A stretch of DNA of 64,000 nt from a virus (Duplodnaviria > Heunggongvirae > Uroviricota > Caudoviricetes), in the IMG/VR virus record IMGVR_UViG_3300025133_000019. One strand, 5' to 3'. Positions 19,781 to 29,761 of this stretch are shown piece by piece (positions within the stretch are counted from its first letter, which is position 1; the number at the start of each line of letters is the position of its first letter). The notes under the pieces are model-generated. The model was not told the DNA's origin. It did no database searches and was given only the letters and a program-made list of their open reading frames with translations. The position numbers were made by a program, and so were the translations under genes.

Positions 19781-20386
19781 ATGTTTTTATCTTCTCCTGC
19801 GCAAAGCAGTCACCCCGAATTGTACCAAGAACTTTTCGACCACCCCGAATCAGAACTGCTAGCAAACTATTTTATTAGTAGATATAGTCCTGTTGACAGA
19901 GGAACTAAAGAGCCTTCTTGGATAGCCATAAGCCTGTTTTTAAAGCACGGTAACTATAATATACCCGAATTTTTCGGGGGAAGTTACGACGCATTAGCTC
20001 AGTTTTGTAAATCCAGATTGGCCCTAAAGACCCAAGATGTAATTCCTGTGGTAAGCATGGATAGCAAGCTTAACATAGAAAGAGAGTTTGTGAAAAACAG
20101 TTCTAGCTATGCACAAGATATACTAGATTCAATACAAATTTTTAATTCTCGGAGTCCCGAAATAACTGGGCACTCATTATCAATAAGACAACGAGAAGGG
20201 ATAGTAGTGGAGGATATTTTTATATCTCCGTATCCGGGAGAATCTACTTGCCTAGGAAGCAACGGGGAAGCCCCTTTTATTACTCCAGGAAATTCTTTCG
20301 GATTTTTAGACGGAGATCTTGTTGCTAATATGAAACTGGAAAATTTTCAGTCGATTCAAAACAGAAGTAAATCTCTCTCCTATTAA
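19781..20386 (+). CDS. hypothetical protein
   Basis: 201-aa ORF with GAGG SD; true C-terminus may be frameshifted. Confidence 0.55.
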   Translation: MFLSSPAQSSHPELYQELFDHPESELLANYFISRYSPVDRGTKEPSWIAISLFLKHGNYNIPEFFGGSYDALAQFCKSRLALKTQDVIPVVSMDSKLNIEREFVKNSSSYAQDILDSIQIFNSRSPEITGHSLSIRQREGIVVEDIFISPYPGESTCLGSNGEAPFITPGNSFGFLDGDLVANMKLENFQSIQNRSKSLSY

Positions 20387-20488
20387 TGACGACAAAGTGA
20401 GAACACTGGCTTTAAAACTTTTAAAAGAAAGAATGGGAAGATATCACTTTGATCACAAAGATTAGTTTTTTAATATAGCTACAATTTT

Positions 20489-22657
20489 GTGGCTAATATT
20501 AGTAAAATTATAGCAGAATTAGCTGACAAAGAGTTTCTTACTAATGTTTTAGATGCTTATGTCAACGAGGAAAGCTCTTTTGGTAATGTTATCCAAGAAG
20601 TGGACCGTACTTCTAAAGATCAAGAACTTCTTGATTGGTTACTTGACAAAGCTGTTAGTGATCCTGACACAAAGAAAAAAATTATTAAGGATCTAAAACA
20701 CGCAGCCCCATTTTTTAGAGCCGGAGATCACGCAGTCCAATTGGTTTATCTTTGGTTTGAAGCGCCAGAATTCAGAAACGCCTTTTTCCAAGGTATACAC
20801 GAAGCTGAGGAAGTTGATTCTGCGCACACATTGGCCATATTGCAAGACTCCTGGCAAAAATACGGAAGTTCCCTAGATTTATTTAATGCTGTTGGGATGG
20901 TAATAAACACTAATCCTCTTTATGGATTCAACTTTAGGAGCCCGCTTTTATTAGCTACCCTGGATTTTTTAAAAGAGGACGAAAATTTTATAACCGCTTT
21001 CCTAAAAGATTTTGTGCCAGCCAATCTATCTAGTCCTTCACAATCGGTAAGATATAAAGTCTCTGAGTTTGTTGACAATGAATTAGCTGAAAAATATGTA
21101 AACCTTCAAATAAGACTTAATTATTCTAATTATCATGACATAAAAGATAATGCCCGAAATTTTCCTGGTATAAAAAAATATCTAGAATTATTTCCAAAAG
21201 ATGAATTAGAAAAAAGTTTAATATGGTCTTTACGAGAAAAGCCTGTAAGTACTTGGTTAGCTCCTAAGTTTGTGAAAAGAGTGTCACCTGAGAGCCTTAT
21301 AAAATATTATGAATCAAACCCCGGTATTAGAGCAGGATTCAAGAAAGGATTCACTAGCTTCCCCAAGGCTTTTCAAAATTATCCCGAGAGTTTTATCAAA
21401 TACTTCACAGATAAGGGGATTATAGAAGAAATCATTACTGACGCATTGTCTGATTCTCCCGGTTTGTTATCATCTCTTCCGTATAACGTGGATAAATCAT
21501 TACAACTACGAGCAGTCCAAAAAACTTTGCCTCAACTCATAAAACATATGAACAACAGGGACCTTATATTCACTCGGGATTTCCCCGATTTTATTGCAAA
21601 ATCTCTAGTTTGGAACGATGATTTTATGGATGTTGTAGAATCTAAGCTAACTGAACAAGCCTCCCTTTTAAAGTTGCACCCTATTTTTAGAAATGCTTTT
21701 GATGATGGTTTGTTTGACGAACCATTTCATAAGTCCCCTGTAGTTAAAGATGAGGTATATCCAGATGACATGCCTTCAGAGTTATACGGTTTAATAAAAG
21801 AGTTAGAAAAAGCAGACAATAATTTTTTAAGCTTACAAGATCTTAAATCAAAAGATTTTATGCAATACCCTGTGATCAAACAGTTGTATTCAAAATTTCA
21901 AAAAAACAAGGGTCTAACCCTGGAAAACGCTGTAAATTATGAGTACAAAAAGACCGAATTACCAGAAAGCCACGACAGAGATATAGATGATTTTAGAGCT
22001 GCGGTAAAAACTAAGTCCGTAATGAAACATACAACCTGGAATAGCAGCCTGCAAAGGATATTTCACGGTGCCACTAATCATATAGCTATTCTAACCCTTC
22101 CTGAACACCTGATACCTCTTTATATACAAGCTCAGACTGTTGATGAGGAGGGTGAGAAGGAAAGGGCTCTGTATAACCTGGACCCGAGTTTTATAGAAGA
22201 GAATAAAAGATTAAAAATAGACGATCATCCGTATATAGATAAACATTTAACACTGGGTTGGGTTCGATACACTTTAATGAGAGATGTAACGGAGAATGCT
22301 CAGGATAAAAGAGTATGGATAGATGAAATACAAACAGATTTTTCCATGTTATTTGGAAAAGAGTTTTCCAAGGAAATATACCCGTCTGACCATTTACCTA
22401 CCATACTTTTAAAAAGGTTTATAAAATTTATAAGGTCAAGAGGTTTTAAAGAAATTATTATCCCAGACTTAACAACTGCCCAACATCATTACAATAGAAC
22501 TGGTGTGATTCACAAATCGGTTTACACTACTTTACCTAAAAAACTTAGGTTTAAAAAAGAAGAGGTTAGTGATACCGGACAAGAAGACCTAGAAGGCAGA
22601 AAGCTTTGGGTTCTTGCAAAGAAAAAGTTATTCCCTGGATATACATTTGATTGGTGA
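20489..22657 (+). CDS. large protein with WIDEIQ domain (member 3)
   Basis: HLTLGWVRYT, VWIDEIQTDF, RFIKFIRSRGF, LWVLAKKKLFPGYTFDW. Confidence 0.8.
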   Translation: MANISKIIAELADKEFLTNVLDAYVNEESSFGNVIQEVDRTSKDQELLDWLLDKAVSDPDTKKKIIKDLKHAAPFFRAGDHAVQLVYLWFEAPEFRNAFFQGIHEAEEVDSAHTLAILQDSWQKYGSSLDLFNAVGMVINTNPLYGFNFRSPLLLATLDFLKEDENFITAFLKDFVPANLSSPSQSVRYKVSEFVDNELAEKYVNLQIRLNYSNYHDIKDNARNFPGIKKYLELFPKDELEKSLIWSLREKPVSTWLAPKFVKRVSPESLIKYYESNPGIRAGFKKGFTSFPKAFQNYPESFIKYFTDKGIIEEIITDALSDSPGLLSSLPYNVDKSLQLRAVQKTLPQLIKHMNNRDLIFTRDFPDFIAKSLVWNDDFMDVVESKLTEQASLLKLHPIFRNAFDDGLFDEPFHKSPVVKDEVYPDDMPSELYGLIKELEKADNNFLSLQDLKSKDFMQYPVIKQLYSKFQKNKGLTLENAVNYEYKKTELPESHDRDIDDFRAAVKTKSVMKHTTWNSSLQRIFHGATNHIAILTLPEHLIPLYIQAQTVDEEGEKERALYNLDPSFIEENKRLKIDDHPYIDKHLTLGWVRYTLMRDVTENAQDKRVWIDEIQTDFSMLFGKEFSKEIYPSDHLPTILLKRFIKFIRSRGFKEIIIPDLTTAQHHYNRTGVIHKSVYTTLPKKLRFKKEEVSDTGQEDLEGRKLWVLAKKKLFPGYTFDW

Positions 22658-22747
22658 TAAAATTTAACCTTCTTACTTGATTTCTGTTACCCTTTGAGTT
22701 ATAGTACTAAAAACTTGTACTAATTTTTAAAATCAAAGGTATAACAA

Positions 22748-23770
22748 ATGACCCTTTTTACACACGAGTACATCTGGCTAGACGGATGCGAGACTCAATT
22801 ATTGAGGTCCAAAACAAGAATTTCTAGTGCTCCGGTTCCTAAAGTATGGAATTATGATGGAAGTTCCACAAAGCAAAGTGAAGGGGACTCCGCTGACTTA
22901 GTTCTAGTTCCTACGACTACGGTTAGAGACCCTCTTAGAGAAAACGGATTTTTGACTGTTTGTGAAGTCATGGAGCAAGACGGAGTTACTCCCCATGAAA
23001 CTAACACACGAGCACTATTGAGTAATACAGTAGACAGAGCCGAAAAACTAGAACCCTGGATAGGATTCGAACAAGAATATACTTTGTTTGATATGGATAA
23101 GAACCATGTTCACGGATGGCCTGAACGAGGATTCCCTGGACCTCAAGGACCTTATTATTGTGGTGTCGGACCAGCTCAAATACGGGGTCGTCAGTTCGTA
23201 GAAGCTCATATGAAAGCTTGTATGGACGCTGGACTTATGATTTACGGGGTCAACGCTGAAGTTATGATGTCTCAGTGGGAATTTCAAATAGGACCACGAG
23301 GAGTCAAGGGAGACAAATCAGACTTACTCACCATTTGTGACCACCTTATCCTGGCTAGATGGTTGCTATTTCGACTCGGAGAAGATTTCGAAGTTGAGCC
23401 CTCCTTGGACGTTAAGCCTATTAAAGGAGATTGGAATGGTGCCGGGATGCACACTAATTTCTCAATAGCTCCGATGAGAGAAGACGGTGGCCTCGAAATT
23501 ATAAAAGAACTTATACCAGTTCTTGAATCAAGGCACGAATCTCATATCTCATCATACGGAGAAGGTCTTCACGAAAGGTTGACAGGTCTCCACGAAACCT
23601 GTAGTATAGATGAGTTTAAGAGCGGAGATTCTAACCGTGGAGCTTCTATTAGAATTCCTAATCATGTAGCCCAAGACGGTAAAGGATATTTTGAGGATAG
23701 AAGGCCAGGAGCCAACGCTAATCCTTATGATGTGGCGAGACTTATTTTTGAGGCTTGCTTGGAAGGATAA
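22748..23770 (+). CDS. glnII: glutamine synthetase type II
   Basis: EYIWLDG..LRSKTR, WNYDGSST, GFEQEY, GPQGPYYCGVG, WNGAGMHTNFS, RLTGLHET, YFEDRRPGANANPY; 340 aa. Confidence 0.93.
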   Translation: MTLFTHEYIWLDGCETQLLRSKTRISSAPVPKVWNYDGSSTKQSEGDSADLVLVPTTTVRDPLRENGFLTVCEVMEQDGVTPHETNTRALLSNTVDRAEKLEPWIGFEQEYTLFDMDKNHVHGWPERGFPGPQGPYYCGVGPAQIRGRQFVEAHMKACMDAGLMIYGVNAEVMMSQWEFQIGPRGVKGDKSDLLTICDHLILARWLLFRLGEDFEVEPSLDVKPIKGDWNGAGMHTNFSIAPMREDGGLEIIKELIPVLESRHESHISSYGEGLHERLTGLHETCSIDEFKSGDSNRGASIRIPNHVAQDGKGYFEDRRPGANANPYDVARLIFEACLEG

Positions 23771-23774
23771 CAAG

Positions 23775-24215
23775 ATGAAGATATTTTTATTTTTTGTGTT
23801 GACATTAATAACTTTTCCCGAAGAAATCTACACTACTAAAGCAGGTGGAGGTTGGTTCATCAAAGATGCTCTAACAGTCCAGGTGTTTGATGACCCTTAT
23901 ATTACAGGAGTCAGTTGTTATACCACCTATTACGATAGAGCATGGTCTTTCACAGATTCCCATAAGTCTAGTCTGGCGTGTAGACAAACCGGAGACGTAG
24001 TTTTTAGTACTAAAAGAGAACTACAACCCAGAAAAGGCGTGTTTACACAAAGTAAATCTATCTTCTTCAAGTATACTGTAGTAGATAGAGTGTGGGATGC
24101 CAAGAGAGGAGTTTTAGTGTACTTAACATACTCTAAAACTACTGACGAGGACACCGCAACACACTCTATCTCTGTGGTATCCATAGGTAAGAATTTTAAA
24201 ATTAAGGGAAAGTGA
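23775..24215 (+). CDS. creA: CreA family protein
   Basis: FDDPYITGVSCY, SLACRQTG, SIFFK...RVWD.KR.VLVYLTYS; signal-like N-terminus. Confidence 0.8.
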   Translation: MKIFLFFVLTLITFPEEIYTTKAGGGWFIKDALTVQVFDDPYITGVSCYTTYYDRAWSFTDSHKSSLACRQTGDVVFSTKRELQPRKGVFTQSKSIFFKYTVVDRVWDAKRGVLVYLTYSKTTDEDTATHSISVVSIGKNFKIKGK

Positions 24216-24580
24216 TTACTAAAGCTGAATTAGGAGTGAAAATGGATATAAATGTATTGATTACACTATCGTCAAACAAAGTTACCAGTAAACATGTTGT
24301 TATGTTGGATAGTAACATTCTGAGCAACACAGCCAAGTCTCTCCCAAATGAATTAGCAAGCAGACTAGAGTTTTTAGGTCTCTTGATTTCTGAAGATATT
24401 CCAAACGATGCTATGGTTGTGAGTGCTGAATTCCTGGATAGCGTAAGTGTTCATGAGTCCAGCGACCTAAGATTTGTTCTAAAAGATCCAAGATTTGCTT
24501 CAAAATCTCCGGCAAGGCTGGTCGTAAATGTTCCCGAGATTGAACGAACCTCATTGGATGAGAAATGGGCTAGCTCCTAG
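24212..24580 (+). CDS. hypothetical protein
   Basis: 122-aa ORF. Confidence 0.5.
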   Translation: MITKAELGVKMDINVLITLSSNKVTSKHVVMLDSNILSNTAKSLPNELASRLEFLGLLISEDIPNDAMVVSAEFLDSVSVHESSDLRFVLKDPRFASKSPARLVVNVPEIERTSLDEKWASS

Positions 24581-24688
24581 CCCAAGATTATATTGGTTTT
24601 CAGAGTTAAATGACCTAGAATTTGAGTTACTCGAAAACAGTTAATACCAACGCTTTCGAGCGTTAAACCTTATTATTTAGAAGTTATT

Positions 24689-26179
24689 ATGGAAAAAATT
24701 ACACCTAGTGCGTATCAAGAAAAGATTTTCGACTTTGTAGAGCAAGACTATAGGAACCTCATAGTTAATGCTGTTCCTGGGTCAGGGAAAACCACGACTG
24801 TCATCATGGCCCTTAAGTTAGCATACGGAAAAACTTTGGCTGCTGCTTTTAACAAAGCTATAGAAACAGAATTATCTGCTAAAGCTCCTAAGCACGCTAA
24901 AGTTAAGACTCTTAATGCTTTAGGACACGGTTTGTTGTGCAGAAAGTACAATTACGTAAAGATTAATAAGAATAAGTTCTATAATTCTGTTAAAGCTTAT
25001 GAGGATGAAAGTTCCGAGAAAATACCTTTTAAAATGGTAAAGCCCCTTAAAGAGTTTTTTGAGAAAACTCGGGCTTATGGATTCGGAATTTCCATAGATA
25101 TGACGGATGAAAACTTGAATGAGTACTTTGATTTTTTCCAAATAGACCTAGATCCTCAAGAAAACGAAGATTTCGATATTCTAAAAACTTTCTTTTTAAA
25201 AGCTTATCAAGGAATTTTTAAGGAGCATATCGGAAACGAATCCGAGTTTGATTTCGGGGACCAAGTGTACATACCTGTTTACAGAAAAATAGATGCCTGG
25301 AAGTACGATAACATTTTTATTGACGAGGCCCAGGATATAAGTCCACTGCAATTACTGTTAATACAGAAATTCAGTCATTCCACTACTAGATCGTATTTTG
25401 TTGGCGACAGATTCCAATCTATATACGCATTTAGAGGGGCTGACCATAATTCCATGGATACTATCAAAAAACTTTTTGACTGTGTTGAATTGCCTTTGAG
25501 TATTTCTTACAGATGCCCTAACAAAGTTTTGGGTATATTAAGTCAATACACACCTGATATAGAAGGAAAGCCAGGAAATATAGAGGGAGAAGTAGACAAC
25601 CTTCTGTTCACTGAGGAAATGGCCTTTCCCAAAGATTCTCTTATATTATGTAGAACTAACGCACCTTTAGTTAAAGTTGGAGCAAGCCTATTAGCTAGAG
25701 GACAAGATGTAAGTCTTAACAACAATGAGTTAAGAGACAAGCTCCTAAATTTCATCGCAGGATGTAAGACTACAAAAATGAACAGGATACTTGAACTAGC
25801 TAAGAGTGACCATGAAAGATGGCTGTCTGTAGGAAAAATCCGCAAAGACGCTTGGTTTCAAGTCCTAGAGTCCCAAGAGGTATATCAATCACTACAGAGT
25901 TTCTATGATATTTCCGATACTGTTGCTGATCTAAAGGATAATATATCAAAGATGTTTACCTATAAAATTGGGTGTATACAACTTTTAACAGTCCATAAAG
26001 CTAAGGGACTGGAATCAGATAACGTGTACATTATTAATGATGAACTTTTCAGTAAATTTGGTAACACCGATAAAGAGAAGATTCAGGAAGACAATTGTAG
26101 ATATGTAGCACTTAGCAGGTCTAAAAAGAACCTCACCTTTTTAACAGTGAATATCAAAGACGGGAATTCTGGAAAGTAA
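24689..26179 (+). CDS. UvrD/Rep-like SF1 helicase
   Basis: NAVPGSGKTT, FIDEAQD, VGDRFQSIYAFRGAD, SYRCP, LTVHKAKGLE, YVALSRSK. Confidence 0.92.
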   Translation: MEKITPSAYQEKIFDFVEQDYRNLIVNAVPGSGKTTTVIMALKLAYGKTLAAAFNKAIETELSAKAPKHAKVKTLNALGHGLLCRKYNYVKINKNKFYNSVKAYEDESSEKIPFKMVKPLKEFFEKTRAYGFGISIDMTDENLNEYFDFFQIDLDPQENEDFDILKTFFLKAYQGIFKEHIGNESEFDFGDQVYIPVYRKIDAWKYDNIFIDEAQDISPLQLLLIQKFSHSTTRSYFVGDRFQSIYAFRGADHNSMDTIKKLFDCVELPLSISYRCPNKVLGILSQYTPDIEGKPGNIEGEVDNLLFTEEMAFPKDSLILCRTNAPLVKVGASLLARGQDVSLNNNELRDKLLNFIAGCKTTKMNRILELAKSDHERWLSVGKIRKDAWFQVLESQEVYQSLQSFYDISDTVADLKDNISKMFTYKIGCIQLLTVHKAKGLESDNVYIINDELFSKFGNTDKEKIQEDNCRYVALSRSKKNLTFLTVNIKDGNSGK

Positions 26180-26192
26180 TTCTGGTACACAC

Positions 26193-26221
26193 TTGACACT
26201 GATACACAATATGAGTATGAA
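26193..26221 (+). promoter_or_regulatory. sigma70-type promoter of the Ile/Met tRNA unit
   Basis: TTGACA-17 nt-TATGAA. Confidence 0.6.
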
Positions 26222-26240
26222 ACTCAAAGGAACCTCTTAC

Positions 26241-26267
26241 ATAGCTATGATTATTATGCGGTTGTAG
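26241..26267 (+). CDS. Ile/Met-rich leader peptide (I A) M I I M R L; start uncertain (26211, 26241 or 26247)
   Basis: ATA GCT ATG ATT ATT ATG CGG TTG TAG; AAAGGA at 26226-26231; stop lies in antiterminator segment. Confidence 0.65.
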   Translation: MAMIIMRL

Positions 26268-26296
26268 GGGTTTTTGTTTCTCCTTTGGTTAAAGCT

Positions 26297-26327
26297 AAAG
26301 ACCCCTCATCTCCGAGGGGTCTTTTTT
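26297..26327 (+). terminator. attenuator terminator before tRNA-Ile
   Basis: AAAGACCCCTC-ATCTCC-GAGGGGTCTTT plus T run. Confidence 0.9.
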
Positions 26328-26333
26328 ATATTC

Positions 26334-26405
26334 TGGCGTATAGTCTAACGGTTAGGTCGCTACTCTGATAAAGTAGAAGTCTAGGTTCAATTCCTGGTAC
26401 GCCGA
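26334..26405 (+). tRNA. tRNA-Ile(GAT)
   Basis: CTACT-CTGATAA-AGTAG anticodon arm, TTCAATT T loop, A73. Confidence 0.9.
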
Positions 26406-26412
26406 TATACTA

Positions 26413-26485
26413 GGCAAGGTAGTTCAGTTGGTAGAACGCATAGCTCATATCTATGAAGTCGGGAGTTCGATCCTCTCTCTTGCTA
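26413..26485 (+). tRNA. tRNA-Met(CAT) elongator (or lysidine-type Ile2)
   Basis: CATAG-CTCATAT-CTATG; lacks initiator GGG/CCC pairs. Confidence 0.85.
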
Positions 26486-26490
26486 TTTAT

Positions 26491-26564
26491 CGTGGCGTAG
26501 CTCAGTTGGTTAGAGCATCATCCTTATAAGGTGAGAGTCGTGAGTTCAAGCCTCACCGCCACGA
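26491..26564 (+). tRNA. tRNA-Ile(TAT)
   Basis: CGTGGCG/CGCCACG acceptor, TCATC-CTTATAA-GGTGA arm. Confidence 0.88.
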
Positions 26565-26569
26565 CTAAA

Positions 26570-26926
26570 TTATACTTTTCTGGAGTAAAGTACCTTTATA
26601 GATCTAAAGGGAATTACTCCTCTATATTCCAAGGTGGAATCTGAGTCCAATACATTTCTGTCAAAATCGAACTTATCCTGGTCTAGCTGGGAAGTGTTGA
26701 TCTCTAGCAAAGAGATTTCTAACCCATCTTCGTCTTCGTACAGGCCCCACCCTATATCAGACACCTCTGCATAGCTAAACGCTACCTCTTTGTCTCTTGC
26801 TAAATACACTACTCCTTTTTCAGAGTCTTCCCAGTTGGGCTCACCTAGCGCCCCTAGCCCTTTAGTTCGTATAGAAGGGAGCAGCTTTGAATAAGTAGCG
26901 TGATACAATTTTTTTGGTATATCCAT
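26570..26926 (-). CDS. putative ADP-ribosyltransferase-fold protein
   Basis: KLYHATY...SIRTKGL, VVYLA, LLEI pattern. Confidence 0.5.
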   Translation of the reverse strand: MDIPKKLYHATYSKLLPSIRTKGLGALGEPNWEDSEKGVVYLARDKEVAFSYAEVSDIGWGLYEDEDGLEISLLEINTSQLDQDKFDFDRNVLDSDSTLEYRGVIPFRSIKVLYSRKV

Positions 26927-27049
26927 AATTAAACACCGAAATAAAAGAAAATTCTTGCTTACCTAGTATTGACACTATTGACTCTCTGATTTATACTGAA
27001 TACAAAACAGTGAAACAAAGGAAACAATATTAACAAGCTTAAAAAAGAG

Positions 27050-27619
27050 ATGTACAAGTTCACCAATTGTGCTATTTGTGATGACGTTCCAGAGTATTAC
27101 GTTGTTAAAAATAGTGTGTGGTATTCGATTAACCCCGATTACTTTAAGTCCATGCTATGTATAAGATGTTTGGAAAATCAAATTGGCAGGAGTTTAAACA
27201 TATATGATATTCACTCTTGTCCAGCTTCCATAGCCACTTTTACAGAGCATTTTAATTTATACAGCGATCCACATGAAGTTCCGGCTTTTGTAAAGAGATT
27301 ATCAGACCGAGAGACCCCTATGGATTTCAGTGAGGGCAGTTATCCAGGTGCTAATACAAAAGATTTCCTAAAGAGACTGATGTCAGAAGGAGTGATTGTT
27401 TGTATGAGTGCGTCGAAACAAACTATGGAAGCGTGGCCTGAACTACTGGAAGGGCCAAAATCTAGGATTCTAAGATTAAGTCCTGGGACCTTTTGCTCTG
27501 AACCAATAGCGGTTTTACTAGAAGACTTGCCTCTTAATAAGATTAAAATCTATTCAGTTTTCACTGGAAAACATATACTAAACTGGGAACTGATAGACTA
27601 CCTTTTAGTAAACTCTTGA
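27050..27619 (+). CDS. hypothetical protein with N-terminal CxxC/CxxC Zn finger
   Basis: CAICDD...VW...MLCIRCLENQIGRSL. Confidence 0.6.
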   Translation: MYKFTNCAICDDVPEYYVVKNSVWYSINPDYFKSMLCIRCLENQIGRSLNIYDIHSCPASIATFTEHFNLYSDPHEVPAFVKRLSDRETPMDFSEGSYPGANTKDFLKRLMSEGVIVCMSASKQTMEAWPELLEGPKSRILRLSPGTFCSEPIAVLLEDLPLNKIKIYSVFTGKHILNWELIDYLLVNS

Positions 27620-27713
27620 AATTAGTATAAAAATACTGTAGAATATAAACCTACCGTCCTTACTAAGGACCTGTTTTAAATAAAATATTGTTAATTTTAA
27701 CAAAAGGAAATAT

Positions 27714-28220
27714 ATGAAAGAAAAAATCGTGGTAAGTGTTAATTACGGGGAGCAAGGAGTGAGCCCTGTAGAAGCAACAAGGCAAGCTGTTCAAGCATTG
27801 CAGACAGCAGGTTACTCAAGTGAAGCAGTTATTGCTCATGCAAGCACTGCTCACACTTTAAGAGCTAGCAAAGGGGTAAGTTCTGGTTTCCAGCTAAGTA
27901 TTAGTGATGACCCAGAAGATACTAGTATTCAAACTCCGGTATCCGTGAATCTCCGAGGAGATGAAAGAGTGCCCGAGTCTGTTGTGTTAGTAAGGTCAGG
28001 AGAGCAAGAAAGTTCAATTAAGGCTTCTGGACTAGATACTATTCAGCTAGGAGAGCTTTCGGCAGCACGAGCAGTTTACGGTGAAGACAAGCCAGCTTAT
28101 GATTCTGTATTACTAGATGCTATTAGCATGCTTAATCCAGATCTGAATCCTGGGGAAAAGTCCGGTCTTAGTACTGTGGATGATGAAGTCACTATTACAA
28201 TGACAGATCACATTCTATAA
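27714..28220 (+). CDS. hypothetical protein
   Basis: 168-aa ORF with AAAGGA SD and its own terminator. Confidence 0.65.
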   Translation: MKEKIVVSVNYGEQGVSPVEATRQAVQALQTAGYSSEAVIAHASTAHTLRASKGVSSGFQLSISDDPEDTSIQTPVSVNLRGDERVPESVVLVRSGEQESSIKASGLDTIQLGELSAARAVYGEDKPAYDSVLLDAISMLNPDLNPGEKSGLSTVDDEVTITMTDHIL

Positions 28221-28230
28221 TTCTTGACTT

Positions 28231-28270
28231 AAAAGAGGGTCTAATGCTATGGCGTGTTAGACCCTCTTTT
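28231..28270 (+). terminator. intrinsic terminator
   Basis: AAAAGAGGGTCTA...TAGACCCTCTTTT. Confidence 0.8.
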
Positions 28271-28285
28271 TATATCGGAGAAATT

Positions 28286-28801
28286 GTGGAAGATATTATT
28301 TTAGATCAAAAATTATTAAGTCAAATAGGTTTTACTGAAGAAAACATAGGAGATATCAACGAATACGATATGATAGGTAAAACTTTAGGAGAATGACAAT
28401 CCGTAGACATTAATTTCGCCCCTTTTAATGCTGTTAAAATGATCAAAACTTTAAAGCTAGATTCGTCAGGTAATTTAGTAGAACTGGATTTTGGTAACGG
28501 AGATCACTATTTTTTCCAAAGGGACTACGAACAAAACACTTGCTTAAAACTTCAAGGGGTTGAATTCCAAAGATTGGATAAGTTTGATAGGGTAATAGAA
28601 TATAAAAATTTCTCTACACAAACAGAGCGCTTCTTTATATTAGACGATCCGAGTGATTTACACATAGTGATAATGGAAACCCCGACTAGAAAAGAAGAAA
28701 GTCGTTATAATAAAGAGGGAGACTTAGTTTATAACCGCACAACTTGGAAAACAAAGCCCAGTAAACTAGAGGAAAAGTACGGCCCTATAAAAAACAAATA
28801 A
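28286..28801 (+). pseudogene. YD-repeat-like phage protein with in-frame TGA at 28394
   Basis: GTG 28286 (GGAG SD) MEDIILDQKLLSQIG... is in frame with 28439..28801 across one TGA; N-terminus resembles 44432. Confidence 0.5.
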
Positions 28802-28874
28802 CACGTCTACCCAATAGGCGTTGCTAAATTTAAAATACAGTGCTATAGTAAAGAAAGTTGCAAGGAAGGTAAGC

Positions 28875-29666
28875 ATGAAAGCACACTTAGTCATTATTGA
28901 CCCGCAAAATGATTTTTGTGATCCCAGTGGATCACTATTTGTTCCAGGAGCAGACCAAGACATGTCCAGGTTATCTGGCATGATAAAAAGGATTCACAAT
29001 AAGTTTGACGATATCTTTGTCACACTAGATAGCCACCACAGATTCGATGTGGCACACCCGTTATTCTGGAAAGACCGGGACGGCAATCATCCCAATCCCT
29101 TTACAATCATCTCGGTTCAAGAAGTAGAAGACCAAACATGGAGACCTTCTATTCCTAGTTGTTATAACAGAGTTTTAGATTATGTAAAACAGCTCAGGGA
29201 CAACGATAGATACCAGTTGTGTATCTGGCCTCCCCACTGTTTAATAGGAAGTTGGGGACACAATGTTTTCCCGGAACTTCATAATTCACTAGAGCCTTTT
29301 GAAAGCTCTGGAGCAGTCATCAATTATGTTACTAAAGGATCTAATGTTTGGACTGAACATTACTCTGCTGTTCAAGCTGAAGTTGTTGATCCGTCAGATC
29401 CGTCAACACAATTGAATGATAGATTCCTGAAATCTCTAGCAGAAGCTGATATTGTAGCTTTAGCAGGAGAAGCCAGCAGCCACTGTTTAGCTTCCACTGT
29501 TAGGGATATAGCGGATCAATTTGATCCTGATTTTGTACAAAAACTGTTTTTACTGGAAGATGCGACTTCCCCAGTTCCTGGATTTGAAGATGAGGCAAAT
29601 AGTTTCATATCGGATCTTACGGCTAGAGGTATGCAACTAAGTAACACCCAAGACTTTTTGGGGTAA
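28875..29666 (+). CDS. isochorismatase/nicotinamidase-family cysteine hydrolase
   Basis: LVIIDPQNDFC, TLDSHH, WPPHCLIGSWG, KG.N..TEHYSA, AGEASSHC. Confidence 0.88.
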   Translation: MKAHLVIIDPQNDFCDPSGSLFVPGADQDMSRLSGMIKRIHNKFDDIFVTLDSHHRFDVAHPLFWKDRDGNHPNPFTIISVQEVEDQTWRPSIPSCYNRVLDYVKQLRDNDRYQLCIWPPHCLIGSWGHNVFPELHNSLEPFESSGAVINYVTKGSNVWTEHYSAVQAEVVDPSDPSTQLNDRFLKSLAEADIVALAGEASSHCLASTVRDIADQFDPDFVQKLFLLEDATSPVPGFEDEANSFISDLTARGMQLSNTQDFLG

Positions 29667-29761
29667 AGGGCCATCACAGGCTATTCCAGCAAGTCTTGGG
29701 ATTTAATCTCTTTTTGTTTTCGTAGCGGGGCCAAAAGCCCCGCTATATAAGGTAAAATTTT

